NCBI RefSeq assembly: GCF_002113885.1
Contig: NW_018405538.1
Location: forward strand, 37,362 to 101,361
Direction: 5' to 3'
Length of the DNA stretch: 64,000 nucleotides
From: Mizuhopecten yessoensis
Taxonomy: Eukaryota
The position numbers and the translations under genes were made by a program. Numbering within the stretch: position 1 is the first letter of the stretch; the number at the start of each line of letters is the position of its first letter. The notes beneath the pieces were generated by a model that saw nothing but the letters and a program-made list of their open reading frames with translations, was not told the DNA's origin and ran no database searches. This document shows positions 13,967-28,200 of this stretch, one piece after another.

Positions 13967-14265
13967 CTTGGAGCTTGGGTGACGTCTTTGTAATTGGGAT
14001 TGGGGTTGCAGGAGGCATTGTGGCTGTTCCTTTTGTAGTATCCGCAGGACTAGGAGTCTTGGGCTTCTCTACCGCCGGGACAGCAGCGGGATCTATTGGA
14101 GCCGCCTTTATGTCGTCCTATGGTGGCAGCATCGCCGCGGGCAGCGCCGTCTCAGTGATGCAGTCAGCCGGGGCCGCCGGAGTAGGAGTTGCTATTAAGG
14201 CTCTAGGGGGTGTGGCAGGGGGTGCAGCCACGTACGCTGCGAGGAAAAAATACAATGACAACTAA
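13967..14265 (+). CDS. IFI27: Terminal coding exon of ISG12/IFI27 (interferon alpha-inducible protein 27)-like small Gly/Ala-rich membrane protein
   Basis: Acceptor ctgttttag (AG 13965-13966); translation contains ISG12-like motif LGFSTAGTAAGSIGAAFMS..GG.IAAGSAVSVMQSAGAAG; stop TAA 14263-14265; AATAAA at 14558. Confidence 0.88.
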
Positions 14266-15586
14266 ACTTCTGACGCATCAGTCAATCTATTTACATAAAA
14301 CTTAAATACATGTACTTAGAACTGCTTGTCAATTTGCAGAAAGTGTCTGTTGTAAAGTTTTCTGTGCTAAATTATGTGTATCAAAGTTCGAAAAAAAAAT
14401 ATTCTGCTCAAAATATTTGTTTTATTCATATTTACTGTAAAACCAAACTATTTTCGAGTACTTTCTCTTTCGCTTTGAATCTATCTAGATTGTTCTAGGG
14501 ACAATATCTGTCGATGTCACCATATCAACCCCACGGAAGTAGGTCATACAGTGGATAAATAAAATTGGATATATCTATTTTGTTGGTTCCATAGCAACCA
14601 CGAAAATACCAAAAATGTTTTTATTCAACAATCATGTAATTTTATACAGTACCTTGTATCGGTTTCAGGTATTTTTTCTACGAAGTTTTCACTTAAGTTG
14701 TAATTTCCACCAAACCTGCACACGATATATCACACTCAGACAGTCTGTTACTAAGCGTAACCTTAGATATAAGCAATTTTATTGGCAATAACAGAATTCG
14801 TTATCAAGTATTTTGATCTTATGACTTTATAATACGACGTCACAGTAGATTGTTAAGAGCTATATGACGTCAAATGCAAATCTGCGAGAACGTTCTCATT
14901 CTAATAAAGTAAAACGAAATGTAATGGGCTACGATAAAAATCTGAAATTCGTAACAATTGTTTATAGTTATTATCTTATTTTGAAAACTAACCAGTCGGT
15001 AACTTCGGCATCTATTGTAAATTTAATTTGAAAATGATAAAAAATACCGTTTCTCGCTGTGGATTCTCTGTAGCAGATCTGCCGATATCACTTTATTACT
15101 TTACCTATATGTAAGTGTAGCTGTAAGAATTGATTTGAACAGTTGACAACAAAATATACGAAAAAGAAAAATTAATTCTGCAATTTTTTTCTTGAAAACT
15201 GATGAAATATGTGATATTCGTTTTGTAACCATTGTCTTCATCTAGGACAGCCGTTTGTCAAACAATTACTACAAAAATCAAGGAAGCGCCAATTTAAAAT
15301 AACGTTGATGATACAGAAAGCCTCACTACTTAATAACAATACTGTACTATATGGCCATTTTGCCCAATATTGACTAATCACTGGTACGAAAAGTCATGGA
15401 CATATGTAGAATACACCGAAAAGGGAAAGGTACCAATACAAACCTTTCAAAACTGATGATTTGTATTGAAGATACCTTATAACGTTACAAACTGTGGACT
15501 ACAATAGAATGTACACCGAGTACTTCTTCTAAACCATGACAGAGTTATATTTAGCTTCAGAGTTATGGCCAACCTCAGAGACTAGT

Positions 15587-18500
15587 AACAACAATGTACA
15601 CCAATGAGCATGATATAAAACATCGACCTTCTCAGCATAAACAACGCAATAACAAGGTTCACCAATGAGTGTAATATAAAACATTTACCTTCTCAGCATA
15701 AACAACGCAAAAACAAGGGCACCAATGAGCATGATATAAAACATTGACCTTCTCAGCATAAACAACGCAAAAACAAGGTCACCAATGAGCATGATATAAA
15801 ACATTGACCTTCTCAGCATAAACAACGCAATAACAAGGTTCACCAATGAGTGTAATATAAAACATTGCCCTTCTCAGCATAAACAACGCAAAAACAAGGG
15901 CACCAATGAGTGTAATATAAAACATTGACCTTCTCAGAATAAACAACGCAACAACAAGGTTCACCAATGATCATAATATAAAACATTGACATTCTCAGCA
16001 TAAACAATGCAACAACAAGGTACACTAATGAGTGTAATATAAAAGATCAACCTTATCAGCATAAACAACGCAACAACAAGATACACCATTGATCATAATA
16101 TAAAACATTGACCTTCTTAGCATAAACAACGCAACAACAAGATACACCAATGATCATAATATGAAACATCGACCTTCTCAGCATAAACAACGCAACAACA
16201 ATTTACACCAATGAGCATCATATAAAACATCGACCTTCTCAGCATAAACAACGCAATAACAAGGTTCACCAATGAGTGTAATATAAAACATCGACCTTCA
16301 CAGCATAAACAAAGCAATAACAAGGTTAACCAATGAGAATAATATAAAACATTGACCTTCTCAGCATAAACAACGCAGCGACAACGTACACCAATGAGCA
16401 TCATACAAAACATTAACCTTCTTAGCATAAACAACGCAACAACAAGATACACCAATGAGTGTAATATAAAACATAGACCTTCACAGCATAAACAACGCAA
16501 CAACAAGATACACCAATGAGCATCATATAAAACATTGACCTTCTCAGCATAAACAACGCAGCGACAACGTACACCAATGAGCATGATATAAAACATTGAC
16601 CTTCTTAGCATAAACAACGCAACAACAAGATACACCAATGAGTGTAATATAAAACATCGACCTTCACAGCATAAACAACGCAATAACAAGGTTAACAAAT
16701 GAGAATAATATAAAACATTGACATTCTCAGCATAAACAACGCAACAACAACGTACACCAATGAGCATCATACAAAACATTAACCTTCTCAGCATAAACAA
16801 CGCAACAACAAGATACACCAATGAGTGTAATATAAAACATTGACCTTCTCAGCATAAACAACGCAACAACAAGATACACCAATGAGTGTAATATAAAACA
16901 TCGACCTTCACAGCATAAACAACGCAATAACAAGGTTCACCAATGAGAATAATATAAAACATCGACCTTCTCAGCATAAACAACGCAACAACAAGGTTCA
17001 CCAATGATCATAATATAAAACATTGACATTCTCAGCATAAACAACGCAACAACAAGGTACACCAATGAGCATCATACAAAACATCCACCTTCTCAGCATA
17101 AACAACGCAACAACAAGATACACCAATGAGCATCATATAAAACATTGACCTTCTCAGCATAAACAACGCAACAACAAGGTTCACCAATGAGCATCATACA
17201 AAACATCGACCTTCTCAGTATAAACAACGCAACAACAAGATACACCAATGAGCATGATATAAAACATCAACATTCTCAGCATAAACAACGCAACAACAAG
17301 GTTCACAAATGAGCAAAATATAAAACATCGACCTTCTCAGCATAAACAACGCAATAACAAGGTTCACAAATGAGCAAAATATAAAGCATCGACCTTCTCA
17401 GCATAAACAACGCAACAACAAGATAAACCAATGATCATAATATAAAACATTGACCTTGTCAGCATAAACAACGCAACAACAAGGTTCACAAATGAGCAAA
17501 ATATAAAACATCGACCTTTTCAGCATAAACAACGCAATAACAAGGTTCACAAATGAGCAAAATATAAAACATCGACCTTTTCAGCATAAACAACGCAATA
17601 ACAAGGTTCACGAATGAGCAAAATATAAAACATCGACCTTCTTAGCATAAACAACGCAACAACAAGGTACACCAATGAGCATCATACAAAACATCAACCT
17701 TCTCAGCATAAACAACGCAACAACAAGGTTCACCAATGAGCATCATACAAAACATCGCCCTTCTCAGTATAAACAACGCAACAACAAGATACACCAATGA
17801 GCATCATATAAAACATTGACCTTCTCAGCATAAACAACGCAAAAACAAGGTCACCAATGAGCATGATATAAAACATTGACCTTCTCAGCATAAACAACGC
17901 AAAAACAAGGTCACCAATGAGCATGATATAAAACATTGACCTTCTTAGCATAAACAACGCAACAACAAGGTACACCAATGAGCATCATACAAAACATCGT
18001 AATGAGTGTAATATAAAAGATCAACCTTATCAGCATAAACAACGCAACAACAAGGTTCACCAATGATCATAATATAGTGTAATATAAAACATCGACCTTC
18101 ACAGCATAAACAACGCAATAACAAGGTTCACCAATGAGAATAATATAAAACATCGACCTTCTTAGCATAAACAACGCAACAACAAGGTTCACAAATGAGC
18201 ATAATATAAACGACCTTCACAGCATAAACAACGCAATAACAAGGTTCACCAATGAGAATAATATAAAACATCGACCTTCTTAGCATAAACAACGCAACAA
18301 CAAGATACACCAATGATCATAATATGAAACATCGACCTTCTCAGCATAAACAACGCAATAACAAGGTTCACCAATGAGAATAATATAAAACATCGACCTT
18401 CTTAGCATAAACAACGCAACAACAAGGTACACCAATGAGCATCATACAAAACATCAACCTTCTCAGCATAAACAACGCAACAACAAGATACACCAATGAG

Positions 18501-21500
18501 CATCATATAAAACATTGACCTTCTCAGCATAAACAACGCAAAAACTAGGTCACCAATGAGCATGATATAAAACATTGACCTTCTCAGCATAAACAACGCA
18601 ATAACAAGGTTCACGAATGAGCAAAATATAAAACATCGACCTTCTCAGCATAAACAACGCAACAACGAGGTTCACCAATGAGCATCATACAAAACATCGA
18701 CCTTCTCAGCACAAACAACGCAACAACAAGGTTCACAAATGAGCATAATATAAACGACCTTCACAGCATAAACAACGCAATAACAAGGTTCACCAATGAG
18801 AATGATATAAAACATCGACCTTCTCAGCATAAACAACGCAACAACAAGATAAACCAATGATCATAATATAAAACATTGACCTTCTCAGCATAAACAACGC
18901 AACAACAAGGTTCACAAATGAGCATAATATAAAAGATCAACCTTATCAGCATAAACAACGCAACAACAAGGTTCACAAATGAGCAAAATATAAAACATCG
19001 ACCTTCTCAGCATAAACAACGTAACAACAAGGTTCACAAATGATCATAATATAAAACATTGACCTTATCAGCATAAACAACGCAACAACAAGGTACACCA
19101 ATGAGTGTAATATAAAAGATCAACCTTATCAGCATAAACAACGCAACAACAAGATACACCATTGATCATAATATAAAACATTGACCCTCTTAGCATAAAC
19201 AACGCAACAACAAGATACACCAATGATCATAATATAAAACATCAACATTCTCAGCATAAACAGCGCAACAACAAGATACACCAATGAGCATAACATAAAA
19301 CATCGACCTTCCCAGCATAAACAACGCAACAACAAGATACACCAATGAGCATAATATAAAACAGTGACCTTCTCAGCATAAACAATGCAACAACAATATA
19401 CACCAATGAGCATAATATAAAACATCGACCATCTCAGCATAAATAACGCAACGACAAGGTTCACCATTGAGCATAATATAAAACAGTGACCTTCTCAGCA
19501 TAAACAACGCAACAACAATATACACCAATGAGCATAATATAAAACATCGACCTTCTCAGCATAAATAACGCAACAACAAGGTTCACCATTGAGCATAATA
19601 TAAAACATTGACCTTCTTAGCATCAATAACGCAACAACAAGGTTCACCAATGAGCATAATATAAAACATCGACCTTCTCAGCATAAATAACGCAACAACA
19701 AGATACACCAATGATCATGATATAAAACATCTACCTTCTTAGCATAAACAACGCAACAACAATATACACCAATGAGTGTAATATAAAACATTGACCTTCT
19801 CAGCATAAACAACGCAACAACAATATACACCAATGAGTGTAATATAAAACATAGACCTTCTCAGCATAAACAACGCAACAACAAGATACACCAATGAGCA
19901 TAATATAAAACATCGACCTTCTCAACATAAACAATGCAACAACAAGGTTCACCAATGAGCATAATATAAAACATCGACCTTCTCAGCATAAATAACGCAA
20001 CAACAAGGTTCACCAGTGATCATAATATAAAACATCGACCTTCTCAGCATAAATAACGTATCAACAAGATACACCAATGATCATGATATAAAACATCAAC
20101 CTTCTTAGCATAAACAACGCAACAACAATATACACCCATGAGTGTAATATAAAACATTGACCTTCTCAGCATAAACAACGCAACAACAATATACACCAAT
20201 GAGTGTAATATAAAACATAGACCTTCTCAGCATAAACAACGCAACAACAAGGTTCACAAATGAGCAAAATATAAAACATCGACCTTCTCAGCATAAACAA
20301 TGCAAGAACAAGGTTCACCAATGAGCATAATATAAAACATCGACCTTCTCAGCATAAATAACGCAACAACAAGGTTCACCATTGAGCATAATATAAAACA
20401 TTGACCTTCTTAGCATCAATAACGCAACAACAAGGTTCACCAATGAGCACAATATAAAACATCGACCTTCTCAGCATAAATAACGCAACAACAAGGTTCA
20501 CCATTGAGCATAATATAAAACATTGACCTTCTTAGCATCAATAACGCAACAACAAGGTTCACCAATGAGCACAATATAAAACATCGACCTTCTCAGCATA
20601 AATAACGCAACAACAAGGTTCACCATTGAGCATAATATAAAACATTGACCTTCTTAGCATCAATAACGCAACAACAAGGTTCACCAATGAGCACAATATA
20701 AAACATCGACCTTCTCAGCATAAATAACGCAACAACAAGATACACCACTGATCATGATATAAAACATCTACCTTCTTAGCATAAACAACGCAACAACAAT
20801 ATACACCCATGAGTGTAATATAAAACATTGACCTTCTCAGCATAAACAACGCAACAACAAGGTTCACAAATGAGCAAAATATAAAACATCGACCTTCTCA
20901 GCATAAACAATGCAAGAACAAGGTTCACCAATGAGCATAATATAAAACATCGACCTTCTCAGCATAAATAACGCAACAACAAGGTTCACCAGTGATCATA
21001 ATATAAAACATCGACCTTCTCAGCATAAACAATGCAACAAAAACAACGCAACAACAAGATACACCAATGAGTGTAATATAAAACATCGACCTTCACAGCA
21101 TAAACAACGCAATAACAAGGTTCACCAATGAGAATAATATAAAACATTGACCTTCTCAGCATAAACAACGCAACAACAAGGTTCACAAATGAGCAAAATA
21201 TAAAACATCGACCTTCTCAGCATAAACAATGCAACAAAAACAACGCAACAACAAGATACACCAATGAGCATAATATAAAACATCGACCTTCTTAGCATAA
21301 ACAACTCAACAACAAGGTTCACCAATGAGCATAATATAAAACATCGACCTTCTTAGCATAAACAACGCAACAACAAGGTTCACCAATGATCATAATATAA
21401 AACATCGACCTTCTCAGCATAAATAACGCAACAACAAGGTTCACCAATGATCATAATATAAAACATCGACCTTCTCAGCATAAACAATGCAACAACAAGG

Positions 21501-21724
21501 TTCACCAATGATCATAATATAAAATATCGACCTTCTCAGCATAAACAACGCAACAACAAGATACACCAATGAGCATTATATAAAACATCGACCTTCATAG
21601 CATAAACAACGCAACAACAATGTTCACCAATGAGCATAATATGAAAAATTGACCTTCTCAGCATAAACAACTCAACAACAAGGTTCACCAATTAGCATAA
21701 TATAAAACATCGACCTCCTTAGCA
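15587..21724. repeat. Satellite B: 61-nt unit caccaatgagcataatataaaacatcgaccttctcagcataaacaacgcaacaacaaggtt, ~100 copies
   Basis: Direct tandem periodicity; minus-strand ORFs here are translated repeat. Confidence 0.97.
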
Positions 21725-22161
21725 CAAAATAACAGTTTACAATGAGGTCATCATAGCGATCATGAATTATATGAATAAAATGAAAAGACATGACTTTCTT
21801 GGACATATTTCTATATATTAAACATAAAAAAACTGCTCAATCAAGAACAGTTTTACACTATGAAGATACGCTTTAAGATATAAATCTGTGTATTATATAT
21901 GTGATTAACGGATGCAACTTGAAAGTTCTCACGATTTTGATTCTCTGTAAGGTGACGTATGTAGTGATATTGTGTCAACGCTTGCTAAACACTATGGGTA
22001 AAATAATCCTAGTAAAAATCAGACTGTCAGCAGAACCATATATCCAACTCAAAATCGATAAACTTTAGAAAATTTAAATAGAGACTCTTGAAAAAGTACT
22101 AGGAGAATAATACCAGGTGTTCTGAAAGGGTAAGCGTTGTAGCGTGCCAATGTGTGAAAAC

Positions 22162-23897
22162 AACCCAATATGTGAAAACAGGAAAAACTATATTGAATTC
22201 ATAAATTACTGTGTTTAAACTACTTATTATTCAAACTAACCTTAATGTGAACCATCTCAACTAATTAAATTCACTAATTAGCAAAAAAATATTTTTTTCA
22301 TACAAAGACTTTTTTCACTTTTCACGAATTGGGTTGCATATGATAGGACAAATCCTATCAACCTGTTACAGATTTAGTAACGTGTACAGATGATTAGCTA
22401 TGCATTTAATAGCCTTAGCTCGTGGTCGGTGTCAGAGTTTTATTTGAAGATAGCAGCTAAATAGCCGTAGATAATTGTGCTTGTGATATAGTTTAGGATC
22501 TGTCAATTAGTGTGACCGTCTGTAGTCTAGGTGGGGGACGTCTAGTCTGTGACGTAGTGTTTGTGCCTCTGCAGCCGGCTGATGCTGACCTGGGTTCAAA
22601 TTTAGCGGGATGTATGGCCTGTTTAACCTTGTCGTGTAGGGGTCATATTTAGCGGGATTTTGCTAACTTATCAACAATTTTAATGTAGCAGGATTTTGCC
22701 AAGGGGACAGATTAATAAGGTAGTTCAGATTGGGAGAGTGAGGGAGTTGGAACAGAGGAGTAGAGTTAGGGAGTTGGAACAGAGGAGTAGAGTTAGTGAG
22801 TTGGAACAGAGGAGAGGAGTTGACGAGTTGGAATCGAGAAAAGGTTGTGTTAGGGAGACCGAGTTGAGAGGCCTAGAGACAGAGAGGAGAGTTAGAAAGT
22901 TGGAGAAGTAGGAAGTTAGTAAGAATATTCGTTTTAGTTGTAGTCTTAGGTCTGTGTAGTCTTGCCGTGGATTAGCTTAGAGTGGAGAGATTGCGTTCAC
23001 AATGGTATATCATATGACGGATTAAAATACTTGTGTTGTAAATAAAGTGTAAATATTCATGTACTTATTGTGTTGTTCAATTAATTTGAACTGGTGGCAG
23101 CGGCGGAATTGTTACAGAAGGTAACACGTTGGGATATCATAAAAACGTAACAAACCCAATATGTGAAAACATGAAAAAATGTTTAAAATTCCTAAATAAC
23201 TTTCTGTTAATTACTTATTATTCAAAGAAGCTCTAATGTGAACAATTTCCACTAATTAGATACACTAATTAGCCAAAATATACAAATGTTTTTTTTTACT
23301 TTTCACGAATTGTGTTGCACATGATAGGACAAATCCTATAAACCCAATATGTGAAACATGAAAAAAATGTTTAAAATTCATAAATAACTTTCTGTTAATT
23401 ACTTATTATTCAAAGAAGCTCTAATGTGAACAATTTCCACTAAGGAGATACACTAATTAGCCAAAATATACAAATGATTTTTTACTTTTCACGAATTGTG
23501 TTGCACATGATAGGACAAATCCTATAAACCCAATATGTGAAACATGAAAAAAATGTTTAAAATTCATATATAACTTTCTGTTAATTACTTATTATTCAAA
23601 GAAGCTCTTATGTGAGCAATTTCCACTAATTAGATACACCAATTAGCCAAAATATACAAATGACTTTTTACTTTTCACGAATTGGGTTGCACATGATAGG
23701 ACAAATCCTATCAACCCAATGTGTGAAAACAAGAAAAAAATGTTTAAAATTCCTAAATAACTTTCGGTGAATTAATTATTATTCAAAGAAGCTCTAATGT
23801 GAACAATTTCCACTAAGTAGATACACTAATTAGCCAAAATATACAAATGTTTTTTTACTTTTCACGAATTGGGTTGCACATGATAGGACAAATCCTA
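22162..23897. repeat. ~185-bp tandem repeat, 5 copies; the first copy is separated from the other four by a solo LTR
   Basis: Units aacccaatatgtgaaa...gataggacaaatcctat start near 22162, 23153, 23341, 23527 and 23713. Confidence 0.92.
22364..23152 (+). mobile_element. Solo LTR-like element (probably Gypsy group), 789 bp
   Basis: Termini TGTTAC...GTAACA; 4-bp TSD aacc (22360-22363 and 23153-23156); removal restores the repeat junction aatcctatcaacccaat; AATAAA at 23041; internal 27-nt purine-rich repeat. Confidence 0.8.
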
Positions 23898-24194
23898 TCA
23901 AGTATAGTTTTTTGTGTTACAAAAACCACATGTCCATGTTGTTGAGGAGTTGACCAGGTGGTCAAAATCTGCTGTTGTCATTGCCATGCAGGATATGTGG
24001 GACCATTGGTCGCAGGCTATGGCTCCCTGGCCCCACTTCACTACCTTGGCGCAAAGCATGCAGGGAAACTTTGGGGCATGTCGGCGACTATTTTGGCCAC
24101 TCAAGTGTAGGAGGAATTGGATAAAACACTTTGTCTGATGGTACAGGTAAATATCTGCCTTCGTGTGTTGACGTAGAGGAGGGATGCGTGTCAT
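23898..24194 (-). pseudogene. PHD-finger fragment, likely from the 5' part of a CR1/L2-group LINE
   Basis: KFPCMLCAKVVKWGQGAIACDQWSHISC...WTCGFC follows the C4HC3 pattern with one Cys missing; truncated at the 185-bp array. Confidence 0.7.
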
Positions 24195-24728
24195 CCAGTG
24201 ATATACAGTTTATAAGTTACTCACACGAGGATTGGATACTTCGGTAGTCCGGTTATATACAGCTAGAGTGTACCAGAATGCATACAATTATGTTTAAATA
24301 CCACAACTTATGCATTGTCACTGATGGTTACTCACAGCGTTGGAGCATTGTTTTGGTCGCTAACAAAAATGACCGCCATCGAAAGGATGTTGGAGAAGTT
24401 GAAGAATTAAAGTCGCAGCCAGGTCACAAATGTTGACAACAAACTAAATGCAAGCGCTGGAAACATTTTCAGTATAAGCAGGACTATTTTTATAAAGAAA
24501 ACTGATATAAATCGGAGCAAAAAAAAATCCGTTGTTCGTCCATGCATGTGCAATTGCTTTTTGTTCGTTTTTTACGCTTTTTGTTCTCAAACTCAACAAA
24601 AGGAGACATAATGTTTACGAGACTGCTTATAACACATAGAGAACTCTAGCTCATTTCTCCAAACACATTGCGGCTATGAACATAAAGAACCAAAACTTGA
24701 CTGCAGATATATGTGTTTAATTAAAGAG

Positions 24729-25091
24729 GGTGGAAACCAGAGAGAATCCGTGGAAAAACAACTTGGTCGGGCAAGTGACCTTCAAATCCATTTGGGTAAT
24801 CAAACCCTGGTCGTTTTGATGAAAGGTGGTCAGATGGCGTAGTGGATAGCCCACTTGCCTTTCACCAAGGCGACCGGGGTTCGATTCCACGATCGGACGT
24901 GGTAAGGTATGGGATTACCTGCCCGATTACGCGGGGTTTCTCCGGGTACTTCGGTTTCCTCCCACATCAAGAACCCCGCGCGCTAACATCCGGACCAACA
25001 AGACTGATTACTATAAGTTGAAATAACTTGTTTCATAATTATTGTAAAATGAATACAGTTTATATTTCTATGAGAGGTAAGCGTGCTATCC
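24729..25091 (-). mobile_element. Older degenerate antisense SINE copy interrupted by the younger SINE
   Basis: Reverse complement of the two flanks joins to ggatagcacgcttacctttcatcaaaacgaccagggtttgattac...cacttgcccgacc...ctggtttccaccc, colinear with the inner SINE. Confidence 0.65.
24828..25069 (+). mobile_element. tRNA-derived SINE with V-type conserved central domain
   Basis: A box tggcgtagtgg, B box ggttcgattcc, core ggggtttctccgggtacttcggtttcctcccac resembling the V-SINE domain, AT-rich tail; near-TSD atgaaaggt/atgagaggt. Confidence 0.85.
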
Positions 25092-25232
25092 ATCTTCTTC
25101 TCTTCTTCCACATACTTGCCTCCTTCATCTTATCGAAGATTATGCAATGTTTATCATACACAATGCGCAGGTAAACACACAATTGAAATGGTTAGATTGT
25201 AAAAGTTAAAAAGTAAAAACACTGATGTAGTG

Positions 25233-28200
25233 TCAGACGTTTAAAGCTGATTGATTCGACACACCAGCCTTAAGCCTAGTGAGTTCGGGGTCTGTTAGAA
25301 GTTTAAGGTTTTTTAGTTCCAATTCGTTGAGAGTTTTCTTAAAGGTTTCCAAGTTTGTCGAGTTCACAGTTTTTGGGTCAAGTTCGTTCCAGTCTTTTAT
25401 TGTTCGAAGGAAGAATGAATATTTTCTTGGGTCTATTTTACATGCCTGAATTTGGTAGGACCGATCGTGTTGTTTTCTGGACCTCCTCATTGGTGTTTCG
25501 ATTCGGTTTTCCTTTTCGATGGCTATTTGTTGTTTGTCAATTTTAAACATCATATGGAGTCTTGAGTGACGTCTTCTTGTTTGGAGTGAAATCCAGCCTA
25601 TGCGTTGGATCATGGATGAAACGCTTGAGCGGTTTCTGTGGCTGTTCATGATAAATCTGGCTGCTCTCCTTTGGACCGATTCAAGTTTGTTGATGTTTAT
25701 TTGGGTGTAGGGGTCCCATACTGAGCTCGAGTACTCAACCAATGGTCTGACAAGTGCTTTGTAGGCAAGCTCTTTGATTTTTATTGAAGATATTTTCAAG
25801 TTCCTCCTCAGAAATCCAAGGGTTTTGTTTGCTTTTGAGGTGATGTTATCTATGTGGAGGTCCCAGCTTAGCATGCTTGATATTGTAAGTCCAAGATATT
25901 TTGCTGATGCAACTGCTTCCAGAATGTGGCCATGGAGGGTGTAATTATGTTTTATCGTCTGCTTTTTGTTACAGATGGTTAGCACTGTGCATTTATTTGG
26001 GTGGAACATCATGCACCAGTCTTCTTCCCACTTCGCGAGTTTGTCCAGATCTTTTTGGAGCGTTTCGGCATCATTTTGATTGGTGATTGTAAGGTATGCG
26101 ATCGTGTCATCAGCGAATAGTCGTACAGATGATGTTAGTTTTTCCTGTAGATCATTGATGTAGAACAGATATAGTCCCGGTCCTAGGACTGATCCTTGTG
26201 GTACCTCGGAGTCCACATTTATTCTGTCTGATTTTTCACTGTCGATGATAACTTTTTGGGTTCTGTCTTTTAGCCAGCTGCTTATCCATGTGTTGAATTT
26301 TCCAGATATTCCGTAGGTTTTTAGTTTGTGAATTAAGAGGCTATGATTGACTTTGTCGAAAGCTTTTGCGAAATCCATGATTAGAATATCAGTTTGTTTG
26401 GTGGACTGAAGATGTTTGGAGACATCATCTACAAATTCGATTAGCTGGGTTTCACATGATCTGTTTTTCCGGAATCCATGTTGGAGAGGATAGAGGATAT
26501 TGTTTTCTCCATGGAGCATAATGGTACTGGCGATGATGTGTTCCATGACCTTACAGCACACTGAGGTGAGAGATATTGGCCTGTAGTTTTCCGCTTGAAA
26601 TTTTTGTCCTTTTTGTATACAGGGGTGACATTTGCTGAACGCCAGTCAACTGGGACAATTCCAGTGTCCAGTGATTTTTGGTAGATTAAGTGGAGAATTG
26701 GGGCTATGTCGCTGGAGAGCTCCTTTAGTACACGGGGTGAGATGTTGTCAGGGCCTGGAGCTTTGTGTGGGTTTAATTTCCCAAGTAATTTCTCTATTCC
26801 TTTGGTGGTGATTTCAGGTTCCTTCATTTTTGGATATTCCTTTGATGTCATACATTTAGATTTCCGAAATTCGTCGAATGATAATGATGTTTTTTCCGAG
26901 AATGCTGACTTGAACTGTTGGTTTAGGATGTTTGACTTGGATTTGGCATCTGTGAAGAAGTTCCCATCTAGCTTTAGTGATGTAATTCCGACATTGTCTT
27001 TCTTTTTATGTTTTATATATGTCCAAAATCGTTTCATTCCAGAGTAGGTATTGTCTTCTTCCTTGGGTGTTACTATGTTTTCAATGTATTTCCAATATGC
27101 TTGTCTGGATGATTTTTGAATTTGTTTTTTTAAGTTACAAGTATTGGGCGATATGTTGTGGGTCACCCGTTTTCTTTTTTTCTTTTGTAGAGTCTTTCCT
27201 GTCTCTTAAGTTGTTTTTTGAGTTCCATTCCGATCCACGGGTTCCCGTCTTTATTTTTCGTGTGTTTGTGTGGAATGTTCTTGTTTACTGTTGCCTCTAT
27301 GAGTGATTTGAAAGAGTCCCACATTTTTGTGACTTCACATTGGCCATCTTGAAACATAGCAGTCATGTTTGGGAGGAGGTCACTGAGGTCTTGTTTCATC
27401 GCAGCCCAGTTTGCTTTTTTGTAGAGGGGTATTTGTCTCGGCTTTTGTCGGTGGATCACTGGTCTAAAATCTACCTCTGCATAAACAATGTCATGGTCCG
27501 AGATTCCTGGTAGGACGTCAGTTCTTGTTACTTTGCTTGGACAGTTTGTCAGTAGATGATCCAGTGTGTTTGTTTTCCTGGTGCTTGTTTCGATGTGTTG
27601 GACAAGATGGGTTTTGTCGATTAAACTCCTGAATTGATTGTGGAGGTGAGGATGGGCGGTGTTTGGTTTCAGTGTGTTGTTTTTCCAATCCCATCCTGGA
27701 AAGTTGAAGTCCCCTCCTATGACAATTGCTGCGTTTCTATTTGATGATGCTCGGGCGATGGAAATTTCTAAGTTGATCAAACTGTCCTCGTCTGAAATGT
27801 GCCGTCTGTAGTAGGAACACATGTAGATGTTCGCCGTTCCTTTGATTTCAATTTTGGCCCAGACTATTTCACAGTCAGTGTCTAGATCTGGGACAAGTTC
27901 GCTGCTGTAATCTTGTTTTGCAGCGATTAGTACACCTCCTCCTCCGGATGATGTTCTGTCCTTACTACGTAGTTCAGGGCATACTTCAGCGTCTTTGATA
28001 TCGGGTGTTAACCACGTTTCTGTACCAATGATGGTGTCTGGTTTGACGCTTTCTACTACATTTGCTCGTCTGCATTGCTTGCTCTGGATTGATTGAAAGT
28101 TGATATTTATAATTCTTAGTTGGGCTTTATTTTTGTTGGGCGGCGGCTTCCTTGTTGGAGTTGAAGTGTGGATTGGTTTAGTTTTTGGTCTAGCGTCTGG

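Noticed and set aside
2381-21724. CRISPR-like regular 31- and 61-nt repeats
   Set aside because: Contiguous tandem units with no unique spacers, no cas genes and eukaryotic context
22696-22911. ORF with RVRELEQRS repeats resembling a coiled coil
   Set aside because: Translation of a 27-nt repeat inside the solo LTR
24828-24900. tRNA gene
   Set aside because: Has A and B boxes but continues into a SINE core and tail with near-TSDs; no clean acceptor stem
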